From the NCBI RefSeq assembly GCF_037042905.1, contig NC_087249.1:17546001-17610000 (forward strand): DNA of 64,000 nt, written 5' to 3'. Shown piece after piece: positions 12,207-26,075 of the stretch. The notes under the pieces were generated by a model, which searched no databases, was not told the origin of the DNA, and saw nothing but the letters and a program-made list of their open reading frames with translations. The translations under genes were made by a program, and so were the position numbers. This stretch comes from Lytechinus pictus. Lineage: Eukaryota. Position 1 is the stretch's first letter. The number at the start of each line of letters is the position of its first letter.

Positions 12207-14202
12207 TACTTTGCATATTTTTCGATATGCAGGCGCGCCGGAACTCTTATACTTTCGAGGGGGCGGGCACATATTTTTGTCAGTAGGATCCAGATTTTTT
12301 CCAGGGGGGGGGGGGTAAAAACGTTTTCATCCACATTTTCCCAATTGGCCGCTAAAAGCTGATTTTTGCATTTGTAGGCTTTTTGAGGCCTCAAGGGGGC
12401 AATAACTTGTTATCTGAAGAAACTTGATAGTATCGTATTTTAAGGTCAAGTTTATTTCAACATATCATTATCATGTAATTAGAAGAATCCAATCTTCGGA
12501 ACATGACAAAGACTGTTTCCATGGTGCCAGAAAATGATTTGCATTCAAATGTACAAGGAATGTGTGTGAAGCACCCTGGTGAAGCATGAAGCGGAGAGGA
12601 AAAAGGGCGCTATCCTGTTTATCGAAATGTTTCGGGCGAAAAACTTTGCTGTTTACTGTATTAAACTTAATATGATTTTGGCCCGAAATGATGATTATTT
12701 TGATCGAAACTGAACTGAGTATTGTTTCTACAAAGAACCATACTTTGCCTGAATAATTCAACGCATCGAAAATGAGATTTTGAGCTACGTCTGAGAACAG
12801 TATTCCAATGGATTGCTGGAGTTACTCTTTTTTCACGTATTACAGTCTCTTATAATGTAGACTGATATAAAGCGAACGCGGCTGTCAACGCTCATAATCA
12901 TGGTCATGGCGGCCAACACGCTAACATGAATAAGAGTGATGCCTGGATGGACTTAAATATAAACTCGCTCATCTGCATTTAAGGTTTGATGAACTGGATC
13001 CCGTTCACTTACAACACACTAAAATCGCAGAAATTCAGCTTTAGTGGGTTCCAACGCATTTTACGGTAAGTTACTCAACAATTATTATTGAGCTCATAAC
13101 CACGTATAACTAGATTGGATGTGGAATGTTTTGTGGTTACGTAACAATCATACATAACATGAAAACAATTTTTGATTCATTATTAACATGTTCGGAGTGG
13201 TGTGATTGACGCAAGTTGTAAACTGGAGGCTAAGTTTTTATTGCTAATGAGATACGATTGTTTTTTAAATTAAATTCCAATGTAGCACAATTTTGTTTGA
13301 CTTAAAACCAAATGATTGCTTTGGTGTAATATTTTTCGCGAGTTTGACGCAGCCGAGCGAAATCACTGTCATAACAAACTCAAGGCTAACGTTTTCAGAA
13401 CGTCTCAGCCCTATTCTTACAAATGAGACGATGTATCTCATAAGGCCTAAATAAATAATGCGAATGCGCGAAGCGCAAGCTTAAATTTGTGTACGTTTCA
13501 TGTATTCACACTTGAAAATTTAAAACTCTGATAATTTTTTTTTTCTGTAATCATAAAAAATGCGTACTATATTACAATCAATGTGAGCGCAAAGCAGGAA
13601 GCTTTAATATACCGACTTGAAAACGGACTTGCTAAGGACTGTCTACAAACTAAGATTCATGAAGATGCATATCCCATTAGTCTCAATACTAGCGCGTATG
13701 GTGAGCTGAGTTTTTTTTTCTTTTAATATTCTGCATTTTTTTTGGTGATAATGAGCAGGGTGCGTACCCCAAAAGAAAATAAAGAAAACTTGAATCGCGA
13801 GCGGAGAATTTTTGCATAATGAAAATAGAACAGGATATATTAAGCCCCATATTACCCTCTTAATAGAATATTAGCTCTCCCAACATGCTTGAATGCGAGC
13901 GCGAAGTATTACTTGCCCGAGTTTGTGATAGGGTCCATGCTTTAATGTACATTTTGGCTTTACCATTCTCTATCCAGGAAAATAAGATGCACCTCATAAC
14001 ATAGAATGCGAAATCCACTAGATCATGCTTGTTATTTGTACTTGGAAGCACTTGCTAGAACATTCCCAAGGGAGTGGAGAAAGTGCTTACACTGTGTGCA
14101 TGCAATTCCAGTCAGGTTCTGATGACCAGTGAGATGTAGAAGTTAAATATTTACAAGAATCCAGTTCCAATTTACCATGAATTCTTGTGTTAATATATTT
14201 AA

Positions 14203-14806
14203 AGGGATGGTCCAGGCTGGAGATATTTATATCTCAATATATAAAGTATAATTCACAAGAGCAAAATGCTGAAAATTTGATCAAAATTGGATAGCAAATA
14301 ACGAAGTTATTGAATTTTAATGATTTGCATTATTCGGGTGAAACAGTTCTTGGCATGTCTTCATGAATATTCATTAGGTGGGCTGATGATGTCATATCCC
14401 CACTTGTTCTTTTGTATTTTATTATATGAAATTAGGTTTATTCAAATTTTTCCTACCAAGAACTAAAACAATTGGATTGACAACTGATTAGGTGCATTAG
14501 TTATTTATTGCCGCAACGTATTTCATCATAATAAAGACACATCATTTACACATGTAGGAAAAAATGAATCAATTATGATTTCATGTAATAACATAAGAAA
14601 AAGGAAAGTGGGGATATGACATCATCAGCCCACCTAATGTATATTCATGACGATGTGCACATAACTGTTTTCACAAATCATTTATAAACTTTAAAATTCA
14701 ATAACTTCGTTATTTGTTGTCCGATTTTGATGACATTTTCAGCATTTCGCTCTTTGAATTTTACTCTATTTATTTAGATTAGATATTTCCAGCCTGGGCT
14801 TTCCCT
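14203..14806 (+). mobile_element. Kolobok-like MITE family A, full copy
   Basis: TTAA|AGGGA...CCAGGCTGG ... CCAGCCTGG...TCCCT|TTAA, with long imperfect internal palindromy. Confidence 0.85.
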
Positions 14807-16571
14807 TTAAGAGTGATACATAAATATTCGTAAATGCAAAAGAGCTCATCTGGTCCATAATCACACTCCTCCCAGAGTGAGACGATGGGCGAGTCGTTTT
14901 GGAGACTGAATTATAACTCACTCTGGAGTGATAATGTATCAAAAAACAAACTGTTCACTCCAGAAAGAGCTATTAATGCACTCTCAAAAGATGTTAATCC
15001 CACTCCAAAATGATTGGTCGCTTGTCTCACTCTGAGAGGAGTGTAATTTTGCAACTTAAAAGGAACAATATCATTAAAATTAAATGACACGTCAATTTCC
15101 CCTCTTTAACTTAATTTATGCATTTACACATATTGAAATATTTAGAAAAATATGCAAAGCAGTAATGGAAGACCAATAGAAAAATGGGCGTACGGGGGGG
15201 GGGGGGCTTTTGCCCCCCAAATTTGTCAAGAACAAGAAAAAAGGGAAAGAAAAAGGAAAGGAATAAGGGTGAAGTATGATATTATTTTGTGAATATTTGT
15301 CAAAATCTATCACAAACTTGGATTTTTGTTTTAAAAAAATGTCGAAATTTTTGCTCGCTCGCAACGTCTTATCAATTTTATGCGATACGCCATATCGAGC
15401 CCCCTCAATTTTTTCGGCTCATTGCGTCACTGAATAGAAAGCTATTGAGGCTTGACATTCATACATAAGTTACATCAAGCGGCATTAAAATGGGGGGTCA
15501 TATAATTAGAGACAATATGGCCAAATTATGTGCAGACATGAACCCCGAAAATAAAATTATTTAAAGATAAAAAGAACTAAAATGTGAGCTTGAAATTTGT
15601 TTTGTTACCTGAAAAGATGTGATGTCTCGTCTTTTTAGATCGGTTCAATATCTGAATGACACCCGTTAACTGGACGGAGAAAACACGAATGATATCTCTG
15701 GAGCGTTTCGGGCTCGGACAAGGACGATGGGATTTAAATCGGATCGCATCACAAGAAAATTGATTTAGTTGAAATCGCACTCAGCTAAACTAAGATGATT
15801 TGCACATGCGATAATCATAAGAATGTTCTGCGCATGCGATGATAAGTGCGCATGATGCAATAATCATGAGCATTGCGCATGTCCGTTGGTGGGGCAGATC
15901 AGATGGAATGCCCTTTCCTCCTCAATGGGAAAATAATGACGTCGAATAACCTTTCTGATTGGCGGATGCTTTACTAAGAAGCTATTAGATTTCGTTCAAG
16001 TAGCATAATATTGTGGGTGTATAATTTTCTCATGATTATAATCTGGTCAATAACAAGTGAGACAGATGGTAGGCATATTTTTTTTCTTTTATTCCATTTA
16101 CGCCATATAGCTCTCATTGGTTTTTTTTAAGAATCATCTAAGAATCCTCTTAACATCTAACCCCTCCCCACCCTCTATCAATTCCCGTCATTCTAGCTTA
16201 ACACACATAGTTGCAGCAAGAAACAAAAACAAAAATAAATGAATAGAATAAATGCATGGTCCATTGTTAATGTATTGTAGTGACCAAAGTAATATCTTAA
16301 ATTTCACACTTTGATTTGTTCCTTTTTTACCACCATACGACTATTTCGAGTGGTGAAATTACGTCACAGACCGCGAAACCACATTACTTTTTTGGTCACG
16401 TGGGTCTGGTATCATTCCACCGAGGAAAAATAGTCATCCTCTTTGCTATCATTGTCATATATTGTTATATTGTCGTCGAAAACATTATTAAGGAATAGAA
16501 ATCTACACACATACATAATGTTGTGTGTAAACGTCTCTCCCATGTTTCATCATAGGTGCAGGCCATGTTAC

Positions 16572-16822
16572 AGTGGAAAACACTCCGTCCCTCGGATAGG
16601 ACGTTAAATGGAGGCCCCGTGCAGAGGAGAGTCACCACCTTTGCACGTTACGAACCCACTGCACTATTCGTATAAGAGTAGGGGGAAAACCCGGTGTAGT
16701 GGTCCACCTGCACTCCCCCAATCAGCTATATCGGGAGTAGAGACCTGCGGGTCATAGTGATTCGTTCGCTTTTCGCCTCCCAGGCACAGGTGACGCTAAA
16801 ACAAATAATGATAATAATGATA
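16572..16822 (+). mobile_element. 5'-truncated SINE with a Meta-like domain
   Basis: CCCTCGGATAGGACGTTAAA...TGCACGTTA.GAACCCAC...AAGAGTAGGG, recognised from memory of MetaSINE; (ATA)n-type tail. Confidence 0.65.
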
Positions 16823-17683
16823 TGTATACAAGCATATGTCAATTAACTTTACAGGTATAAAGTATATTCAGTGTAGTATAATATTACATCATGAATTAAT
16901 GCAGAGCTATATCAGGCAAGTCTTTGTAGCTGGGTAGCAACCTTATCCCACTTACAACATTAAACGAAGTCGTCACGACTCGTCACTTTTTTTTTCTTTT
17001 TTCGAAAGCTTGAAAGCTACCTTTTCATATTCGGATATGTGTGGCTGCCGGACAGTGTAGCGGTGGATTTAATTTCCATCAGCGGATACGGTATCCGCCG
17101 GCAGATATCGTTCTTAATGGCAGATATCGTTCATACTTGGAACCATATCTGCCGGGTTTGACGCGGTTTGATGTATGCAGATTTGGGATTTCTCGGGGGA
17201 TCTGGTTCAGTTTGACAACGTGTATTCGTTATTGATTTGGTATGACACCCTCGGCAGCGCATGCGCGACTCTGGCAATATCGGGGGGGGGGTGATTTACG
17301 GCCGCATTTTTGTCAAGGGGCGGATCCGTGCAGCTTCTGACAAGGGGCGCGATGGGGGTGGGGAATTAAAGGTTAAATGTGTTGATATTTCATGTAGTTA
17401 TATAGACCTGTAGATTTGTAACATTTATCAATTTTTCACACCTTCCAGAATTCCAGGGGGCTCTGCCTATGGAGAATGATACATGCAGCACATCCCCCCA
17501 GGAAAATCTTGGGGGTGCTTCAGCAACCCCAGCACCCCCGCTTCTCAGGGACATGGGGATAAAGGAAGTTCCTATAAGTATCTATAGCTGTGAGCAATTT
17601 AGAGCAGAACAATCCAAATAATAATAATAATACTAGTGTACAAAGTAGAAAACATGTAGTCAACCCGATTTTTTTCTTATTAA

Positions 17684-18287
17684 AGGACAAGTCCACCTCC
17701 AACGAAAAGTTGATTTGAATAAAAAGAGAAAATCCAACAAGCATTACACTGAAAATTTCATCAAAATCGGATGTAAAATAAGAAAGTTATGACATTTTAA
17801 AGTTTCGCTTAATTTCACAAAACACTTATATGCACATCCTGGTCGGTATGCAAATGAGGAGACTGATGACGTCATCCACTCACTATTTCTTTTGTATTTT
17901 ATTATATGAATTATGAAATATTCTGATTTTCTCCTAATTGTCAAGTGAACAACGATTAATTCCTCCCTGAACATGTGGAATTATAGCATTGTTTAATATT
18001 ATATAGTTCAGTCAAGTTGGTCCGTATTGTCAAATTTGTAAAAAATGAAATATTGTATAATTCAAACAATAAAAAACAAAAGAAATAGTGAGTGATGGAC
18101 ATCATCGATTGACTCATTTGCATGTCACTGAGTGGTGCATATCACTGTTTTGTGAAAAATAAGCGAAACTTTAAAATGCCATAACTTTCTTATTTTACAT
18201 CCGATATTGATGAAATTTTCAGCGTTATGCTAGTTTGATTTTGCTCTATTTATTCAAATCAACATTTTTCTGGGGTGAACTTGTCCT
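17684..18287 (-). mobile_element. Kolobok-like MITE family B
   Basis: TTAA|AGGACAAGT ... ACTTGTCCT|TTAA; reverse-oriented homologue of the copies at 31128 and 58191. Confidence 0.87.
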
Positions 18288-20952
18288 TTAAAATAGATGG
18301 CAGGTCCTATTATTTTGAAGAAAAGAGGTACCCAATTTAGATTCCTATTAAAACACCTCCCCGCCCCCCTCCGCGCCCTACATCCGTCAAATATCGGCAA
18401 CAAAATTAAATCAATGAGGAAACATAATAAAATATACATTATTTCAAATCCATAGAGCACCCCAAAATAAATTAAACATGGGCAACACTTTGGTGAGTAC
18501 TACCATGGACCTACTAGTAGACCCTATTATTTTTTGGAGGAGGTTATACAGTGCGTATCAAAAAATCGAGACAGATTTGAAGTCTATAAATTTTCAGTTT
18601 CAAATTATGCAGTCTATATTTTGGTGTTAATAGATGCTCTGAACTCTTATCTTTCAAATGCCATTAAAAAAATTAGTTTGTTCATGCTTGAGCGAACACG
18701 GAATGTTTTTGTCTGGGGTTAAAAAGGAAGCTTGCTTGCGCCATGGCGTTATGTTGTATGCCGCCCACTTGCGGCCTAGGTTTTAGAGTTTGCTGTTCTG
18801 TTCATTGGGGTATTCGCCCCTTCCGGCCGGCAGCTTGCGTTGCGTGAGTATGTTGAATAAATGCTTAAAGTAGAAATATATTGAAAATCATAAAAATGAA
18901 GAATTATATATCAAATTAAAGGGGAAAATAAGAAGAATACGATGGGGTACATCATTTATCATGGAGACCGATGAAACTCACTTAATTGATAGTTTAAAGT
19001 TCTCTCTCTGAATGTTTCAAACACGCTCAATTACGTCCGCGAAATTGGGTTTTTTTTATGACGTGTACGAGAGACGTGATTGGCTCTTCCACGTCAAGCT
19101 CCACTTGCATGCAAAACCTGTTGCGAGGGTACGTTTTCTCTACACTCACTGAATACTTCGATCACGAAATGGAAGAAAACCCACAAGTTTATCCATATTT
19201 TGGATTTTCAAATTGATGATTTTGAAGATGAAGAGAATGATGAAGTTTCTAGCTCTAGTGTCGTGGATGGAGGTAAATTAGGGGAATTACGTCTATGATG
19301 ATGAGTCGGACAATTCAACTTGCATGCCGGTCGATTCGCTACCAACTCATGCAGCATATGGAAAACTAGCGGACAGAAGGTCCTCGCTGCACGCGCGCAC
19401 CCTTATAACACGCAGAATTCCCTTGCATTATACCCTTTTTTCACAAACAAATGTGTATCAAGGACAAGCGTTGATTCAGATAGAATTTCCGCCCCCCTGA
19501 AATGAATGGTAACAACTTCTTCTATCAGATGATCATAATTTTTTTTACATTCAATTGGTGGGAAATATGGCACTTTATTACATTAAAATCACTAGAAACC
19601 ATCCATAGTCAGGAATATGTATTGGGATAATGGGTTTGGGGGACATTTTTATAGTACCCGGGTGGATTATATCCGTCGTCACATCGGTGGGTGGTGGTAT
19701 CATGAATTTCCGCCCAGATTACAATAAAGGGCACATTGTAAGGCAAATACTCATGAAAGAACCATGGAGATTGGTTAATAAGGAAATAGGGCACTTTTAT
19801 CATCAAATCAGAGGAGATTTTCTTTGTGATAGTGATGTCCGAAGAGCAAACCTACACTCGTGACGGGTCCATTATGTATACGAGGGGTGCATCCTAGCTT
19901 ACCACTGCATAGCTAAGTCTGAAAATTAAGTTTTGCTTATTTCTTTCATTTTATAATGATGTTTAAATGTTCAAACAACGATAATTCATGAAAATTGACT
20001 CAAAATATTGCGAATCAACGCTGAAACATTATCTGTGTATACATTTTATCCCTCTGTAATGCTATTTCCCCCATAAAGCCGCAATGGAACATTCCGCACC
20101 ACTAGTCATACGATGATCGCGAGGTCTGCAAACGTCGTCTGCTATGTTTTTACATGTCCGTACACTGCATACAAGTTTTCGATATGCTGCAGTGCTAGCT
20201 GCACGTAGGCCTACCGCGGGCCAAAATAAATCCATGAAAATTCCAGCCTGACCAGCCATACAGATCGAGTCTCTTCCCTCTGTCAAGGCTCTAAAGAAGG
20301 AAAATAATGATATAACTGTACTTACAAACAAGTGAATATATCCGAATCTGAAGGCAAATCAACTCAACGAATAGCAGCAGACGATATTCACCGACGATAA
20401 ACTTCACGTGGCCGTGGCTGGGATAAATTGTCACTCGTTCGGTTAGATATAATTTCTACCTCATTATTTTGACAAAATTACGAAACTCGGGGAATTATTC
20501 ATTTATATTAAAATATAGTAACACCTCGTACTATTTTTAAATTACGATAAAACCTTTTTTGAAGCAAAAAGTTGAGGTAAATTAAAATTAGATGTAAAAG
20601 ATCATCCCCAACATGCTAGCTCGTATGTGATTGTATAACAAACCATCCAAAATGCCGATTGAGAGCTGTGCAACACGTGTATCTACTCTCTCAGCCAAGG
20701 CGAGCAAGCAATATGTGTTTGAAGGTTTGTTTACAATCAGGAGACGCGCGTGTAACTTTATCCTAAACTAGGGAGTTTAGGTTTGTGTTTATTATCAATA
20801 ATAAACGGTACATGCACACCGGGCATGCACATCAACTTTATTACTGCCTGATCTGCGCCCTCTGTCGTTCTTCTCTTTCGCCCCTGGTATGAATGAATGG
20901 GTGTGGCATACGTGACCCACCAAAATATGTTCGAAGATATAATACATGTAGA

Positions 20953-21847
20953 CACTGGCGGATCCGGGGGGCACAGCTGGCCCGTGCCCCTCCCCCTTTT
21001 GAGAGGCCCAATCCCAATTAAATTTTGTAATGTAAAAATGCCTTTATAACACAAGTGTGCCCCCCCCCCTTTGAAAGTGAGGACCTTTTTTTTTTTGCTT
21101 GTCAATTTTTTTTTCGTGGACGAAATGTACTTAAAGGGATACTCCGGGCTGAAGATATCTATATCTAAATAAAAAGAGTAAAATTTACAAAGCAAAATGC
21201 TGAAAATTTCATCAAAATTGTATAACAAATATCGAAGTTATTGAATTTTGATATTTAGCAATATTTATGAAAACAGTTATATGCACGTCGTCATGAATAT
21301 TCATTTTGTGGGCTGATGATGTCACATCCCCACTTTCCTTTTTCTTATGTTATTACATGAAATCATAATTGTTTCATTTTTTCATGAATGTTTAAGTGAT
21401 GTGTCTCCATTATGATGAAATAAAATGAAGCAATAAATAACTAATGCTCTTAATCAGTTGTCAATCCAATTGTTTTTAATGCTTGGTAGAAAATTTTTGA
21501 ATAAACCTAATATCATAATTTTTTTTATAATAAAATACAAAAGCACAAGTGGGGATATGACATCATCGGCCCACCTAATGAATATTCATGAGGATATGCC
21601 TAGAACTGTTTCACCGGAATAATGCAAATCTTCAAAATTCAATAATTTTGTTACTTGTTATCCGATTTTTATCAAATTTTCAGTATTTTGCTTTGTGAAT
21701 TTTGCTCTATTTTTTGTTTTGAAATATAAATATCTTCAGCCTGAAGTATCCCTTTAATTTTTGATTGAAAATCTGTTTTTTTTTTGCTTGTCAAATTTTC
21801 CTCGGGAAAATGTGCTCCCCTTTAGAAAAATCCTGGATCCGCCCCTG
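20953..21847. mobile_element. hAT-like MITE (CAGGGGCGGATCC-type ends) interrupted by a family A MITE
   Basis: Ends CACTGGCGGATCC / GGATCCGCCCCTG; 8-bp TSD CATGTAGA / CGTGTAGA. Confidence 0.8.
21135..21753 (+). mobile_element. Kolobok-like MITE family A, full copy nested in a hAT-like MITE
   Basis: TTAA|AGGGATACT ... AGTATCCCT|TTAA. Confidence 0.87.
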
Positions 21848-24800
21848 CGTGTAGACAAATTATGCATTTTACTAGTTAACAAAATCTTGTAAGATAATAA
21901 CAAGGACTTGTCAACCGAATGAGGGGGTGGGGGCAAGGCGAGAAAGCCAATTAGCAGTCAACAAGGGGAAAGTTGGGAAGGTGTAGCCATCTCGCGGGGT
22001 CGAGAAAGACTCACAAACTAACCATATAAGGACAAATCTATTGACAGTATCCCTGAGAACGTGCAAGGGAACGTAGCGGCCACGCTAGAAAATATCAATA
22101 ATTTTTGTTTATTATTATATTTTTTAAAGGGGGGGTTGGAAACGTGAACCCAAAGTACGGTAAATATGGAGGGAAATGGCGTTTAGCCCCACGCCCCATA
22201 ATTGGGCTAAGTGTTACTGTAGGCCCTGTTAAACCGATACCGACATTGAACTGTGGGCTTTTTTATTACTAGTATGCTCCTCTAGAAGATACACAATAAC
22301 GATAAAATGACAAATCTGATTTTATGACTACACACCTCGGTTTTTTTTGTATTCTCGTCACATTAATGTTTTAGCTCTTCGGTTCAAGATACTTTTGAAA
22401 AACACATTAGAGAACTTTTTTTTCTAAATTTTAATTCGCAGGCTTTTTTTTTTCATTAAATTTATGACGAACTCTAAGATGGACAGAAAACCAGCAAACA
22501 ATATTGCACCCATGACACTTTCAAAAATAAAATATAATTAAACAATAACATGAATAATAATGATTGGAATTATATAGAGTCTTTTAAACAGGATACAAAA
22601 TGCTATTTGCGGCATGAATAATTGAGTGAAGATTTAGGGTTATACGGGTGTGTTTTCCTATTCTTTTTGAAGAAGTCAAGTGAGGAAATTTTTCGGGAGT
22701 TGAGGGAGTAATGGACAAAAATCACGCAATAGACAAAACAATCAGCATAAAATGATAACAAAATTTAATGTAAAATATAATCAATCTGATTAATCCGATC
22801 GTGAAACCATCATCATCTTGTTCACTCTCACCTATAAAGGTGCAGGTAAACAGTCAACCATAATTTTTTAGTCATTCATTGTAGTTAATTGCATGTTGCT
22901 ATTCTAGCGACATCCACTTATCGTCTGATAAAAAAGTGATTAGAATTCAATCTTGTTAAAAGCGACGGGTGTTATTATTATAAGATAAAACTCAACTCTC
23001 TTTATATCTACTACTAATTTATGACTTCCTGGTATCAGAATGATATTAAGCTCTTGGCATTGGGTACTAGGTTAAATGTAATGTGTTTACGCCTATTCGG
23101 CGTCTATGGCGTAGACAATAGATTACATGTTACCTTCGATACAGCAACTAACTGCAACAAGCATGACAAGTATTATTTTGAACATATTTTGATCAAATCT
23201 CCAATTTACAAGATGGTTTCATATGAATGGGTCAATAATTACTTGCTTTTCTAATACATGTAAAGCTTCTTACGACTTCGCCTCCGGGAATATTAAATTC
23301 ACGGGATGGAAAATGCGTGTGGGGGGACAAAAAAGTCTCGAGGGGTTGCAACGAGATTCACAAACAAGAAATATAATGATATATTCTGCGTAACCCCAAA
23401 TATAATAATAGTTTCTTAATGTCATTGTTGGAACTTTGTTAAAAAGCAACACCTGCGCACAAATTTGGTGGGTAAATAGGAAAATTACAATTCAACTCTC
23501 AGTTTAATAATTCAAAGATTTTGATTTTATCTCAAAACAGTCATAGCTGTACAAAATATGAGTGAAAATTGCCATGATTATATCATATTATTCATGTATT
23601 GTTGATTAATTAACTTTTTTTACATTTCGTAACAAATAAGCTTTCCATTTTATAAAAGTGATTTTTCATAACAATGGTGTTCTAACAATATAGGACTTCA
23701 TCATAGATAAATATTCGATAAGTCCAATATGCGTAATGTTCTATGGAGATCCAAAAATTATTTTCAATCCATTATTTTTAACAAGATATTTATGTTTGTT
23801 CGCATCTCCATCTGCGCATATTTTACGCCATGTGCGTAAACGTCACAATACGTGAACAGGTGAGTAACCAGCTGCTACTGTTATCAGCTGATTTTTCCAA
23901 GCATCTGCACTATAACAGCAAACCTTGATATGTTATTTTACGAAGCTGTTATCTGTAAATAATATATGGACCAACTTTTAAAACGCCTCTACCTCTTACG
24001 AATACTTTAGTCTGCAGTGCTGCAAAGTATGACGAATATGACCTCGAGTTTGACTAAATGGCCGGGGATGGTGGTGTAGAATTTTCCCTTATGAAGATAC
24101 AAGCCTCTTAGCTCGTTTTTGTGTTTTTAAAGTACATTTGCTCCAACAAAAGTGCTGATATTTTGAAAACAAGCACATGAAGTCCCAATTTTTAATGTTT
24201 ACACCTCCTAAATATACCTTTCTCTACAACCATGCAAAATTCGGTGAGAATGACATGGATTTAAAATAAAGTGCAGCATTTATTGTAACTCTTAAATTTG
24301 TTAAATAATTTTCAATTTTTTTAGATATGTTTTTGTCACCTTTCACACCTTATTTTTAAAATTGAATGTGCAACTACTCTTTAAAGGGCAAACGAATAGC
24401 AATATGAATGAATTTTGTATAATTATGAACTATAATGTAACATTTTGTGACATTTAGATGGAGTTTGACTGATTAATAAACGTTTACACTCAACGTTGTG
24501 ATCTCGTGGGGTTCAAAAACGCAAAATCATTTTAAATGCGTATTTCTCGAGACCTTGCAACTAGGTGACCTTCAAAGCTCGATAGCAAAAAATATCAAGC
24601 ACATGAACCCATGTTAATTTTGGCATATTTGGAATAATTAGGTGCTAAAGTAACTTTGTGCAAAATTTTTTCAAAAATTACATGGATTTCATTTTACCTG
24701 TGGAACGTCCTTAATATACAAAATGATTTTCAGGTGTGCAATCGCCCTATAATTCGCACGTTTTACTTGAGTTATTCTTCCCTCAGACTTATGACCATCT

Positions 24801-25585
24801 TGCGAACTTACTAACTCCGTAAGAGCCATCTATTAAGAACGTAATACATTCTTTACGATCATTGTAAAACTTTTGAAATGCTTCTAGAATTGTCTCTCAT
24901 CCCCATAAAATCTTGCATAGTTCTTACTATGCTCTTATGACGTTCGTACGACTGCCTTACGAAGAGAGGGTTTGAACTGTGTTGAATACATCTTAGACAA
25001 GGCCATCGAATCAAGTGCAAACTTACAAACGGTCTACGAACTGTCTGCGAATGCTACTTTCGTATGGCCTTCTTGAGATAGATCGGTCTAAAAATCGTTC
25101 GTAAGGCCCTCGCAACAGTGATTTCTTAATGACATTTGTGACCGAGCCATAAGTTTACAAAACTTTGTAATCATTATATTAATATTTGTCATCCAAATAA
25201 GATGTCATTTCATTGTTTTTCCCTAAATTTAAATTAAACCACGTGTGAATCTAAGTCCGCCCTCAGAGATTAGTGAAAAAATGAAACAAGAATGCAAAAG
25301 ATATTCTTATGATCTGAGCGCAGCCATCCCCTTCTTAGGAAAGGTCGTCGCATCCTTAAAAAAAATATCGAGCTATCTTTGGTTTTACGTTAACTGTTCG
25401 AATGCTCATCTATATGCATGAACTATACATTATATTTGGCATCAAAGTGAAGAAGGAAAGCTGAATGGTATGATGGTTATTTAAATGAAAGACTATAAAT
25501 CGTTGGACTCCGTTAAAACAATTACTTTACTGTTTAGTAAACAGGACTTTATAAAAACAAAATAAAGAGCGTATTACTTTGTACA

Positions 25586-25591
25586 TTTATT
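25586..25591 (-). promoter_or_regulatory. Candidate poly(A) signal of the Ig-receptor gene
   Basis: AATAAA on the minus strand ~490 nt after the stop codon, followed by a U-rich tract. The DNA is AT-rich, so chance occurrence is possible. Confidence 0.35.
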
Positions 25592-26075
25592 TTCCTATTT
25601 TGAACTTAGAGCGTTAGATTTAAAGTAGTTGAGGCATAAATTTGCCAGTTAATGGTTCTGCCAGTTGTAAAGTTGAGCGTAAGTAAATTCTTGACTCCCG
25701 CTTCTCATCCCTGTTGCATAGATGATAAAATGACCTTTGCTACTACAAAGACGATATCAAGCAACCGTTATAATACTCAAAGATTCTGTGGACATTTACA
25801 CTCCTGTCAACGCTATCGCAAATGGAGTTTATATGTTCCTATTGATTACAGATATATCTACTAGTCCCTAATGCATTATATCTACACAAGAGAGTGCATT
25901 AATTTGAGCAAATGTTATCAAAACGACGTTTCAATTACTAACATTGAACTGAAATATTTCACATAAGTGTAATAAAGAATAAACTAATAAATCATAACAG
26001 CGATATCATGATCTGCACATGAGAACGGGTTTAACCGTAATATGAAGTGAACACTTAAGAAGATTTACATTTTTA

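Noticed and set aside
17520-17974. Similar short ORFs recurring at 17744, 31563 and 58520 (HNFLILHPILMKFSV)
   Set aside because: Chance translations of non-coding MITE family B copies, not a gene family.
18540-20760. Possible transposase or exon remnants (acidic DDFEDEENDE segment, CpG-rich patches)
   Set aside because: Probably decayed DNA-transposon pieces, but no matching termini or recognisable domain could be established.
22830-25150. Decayed Kolobok- and Harbinger-like elements
   Set aside because: Only single termini are visible (e.g. ...GGAACGTCCTTAA at ~24714, ...GTGACCGAGCC at ~25148); boundaries cannot be supported.
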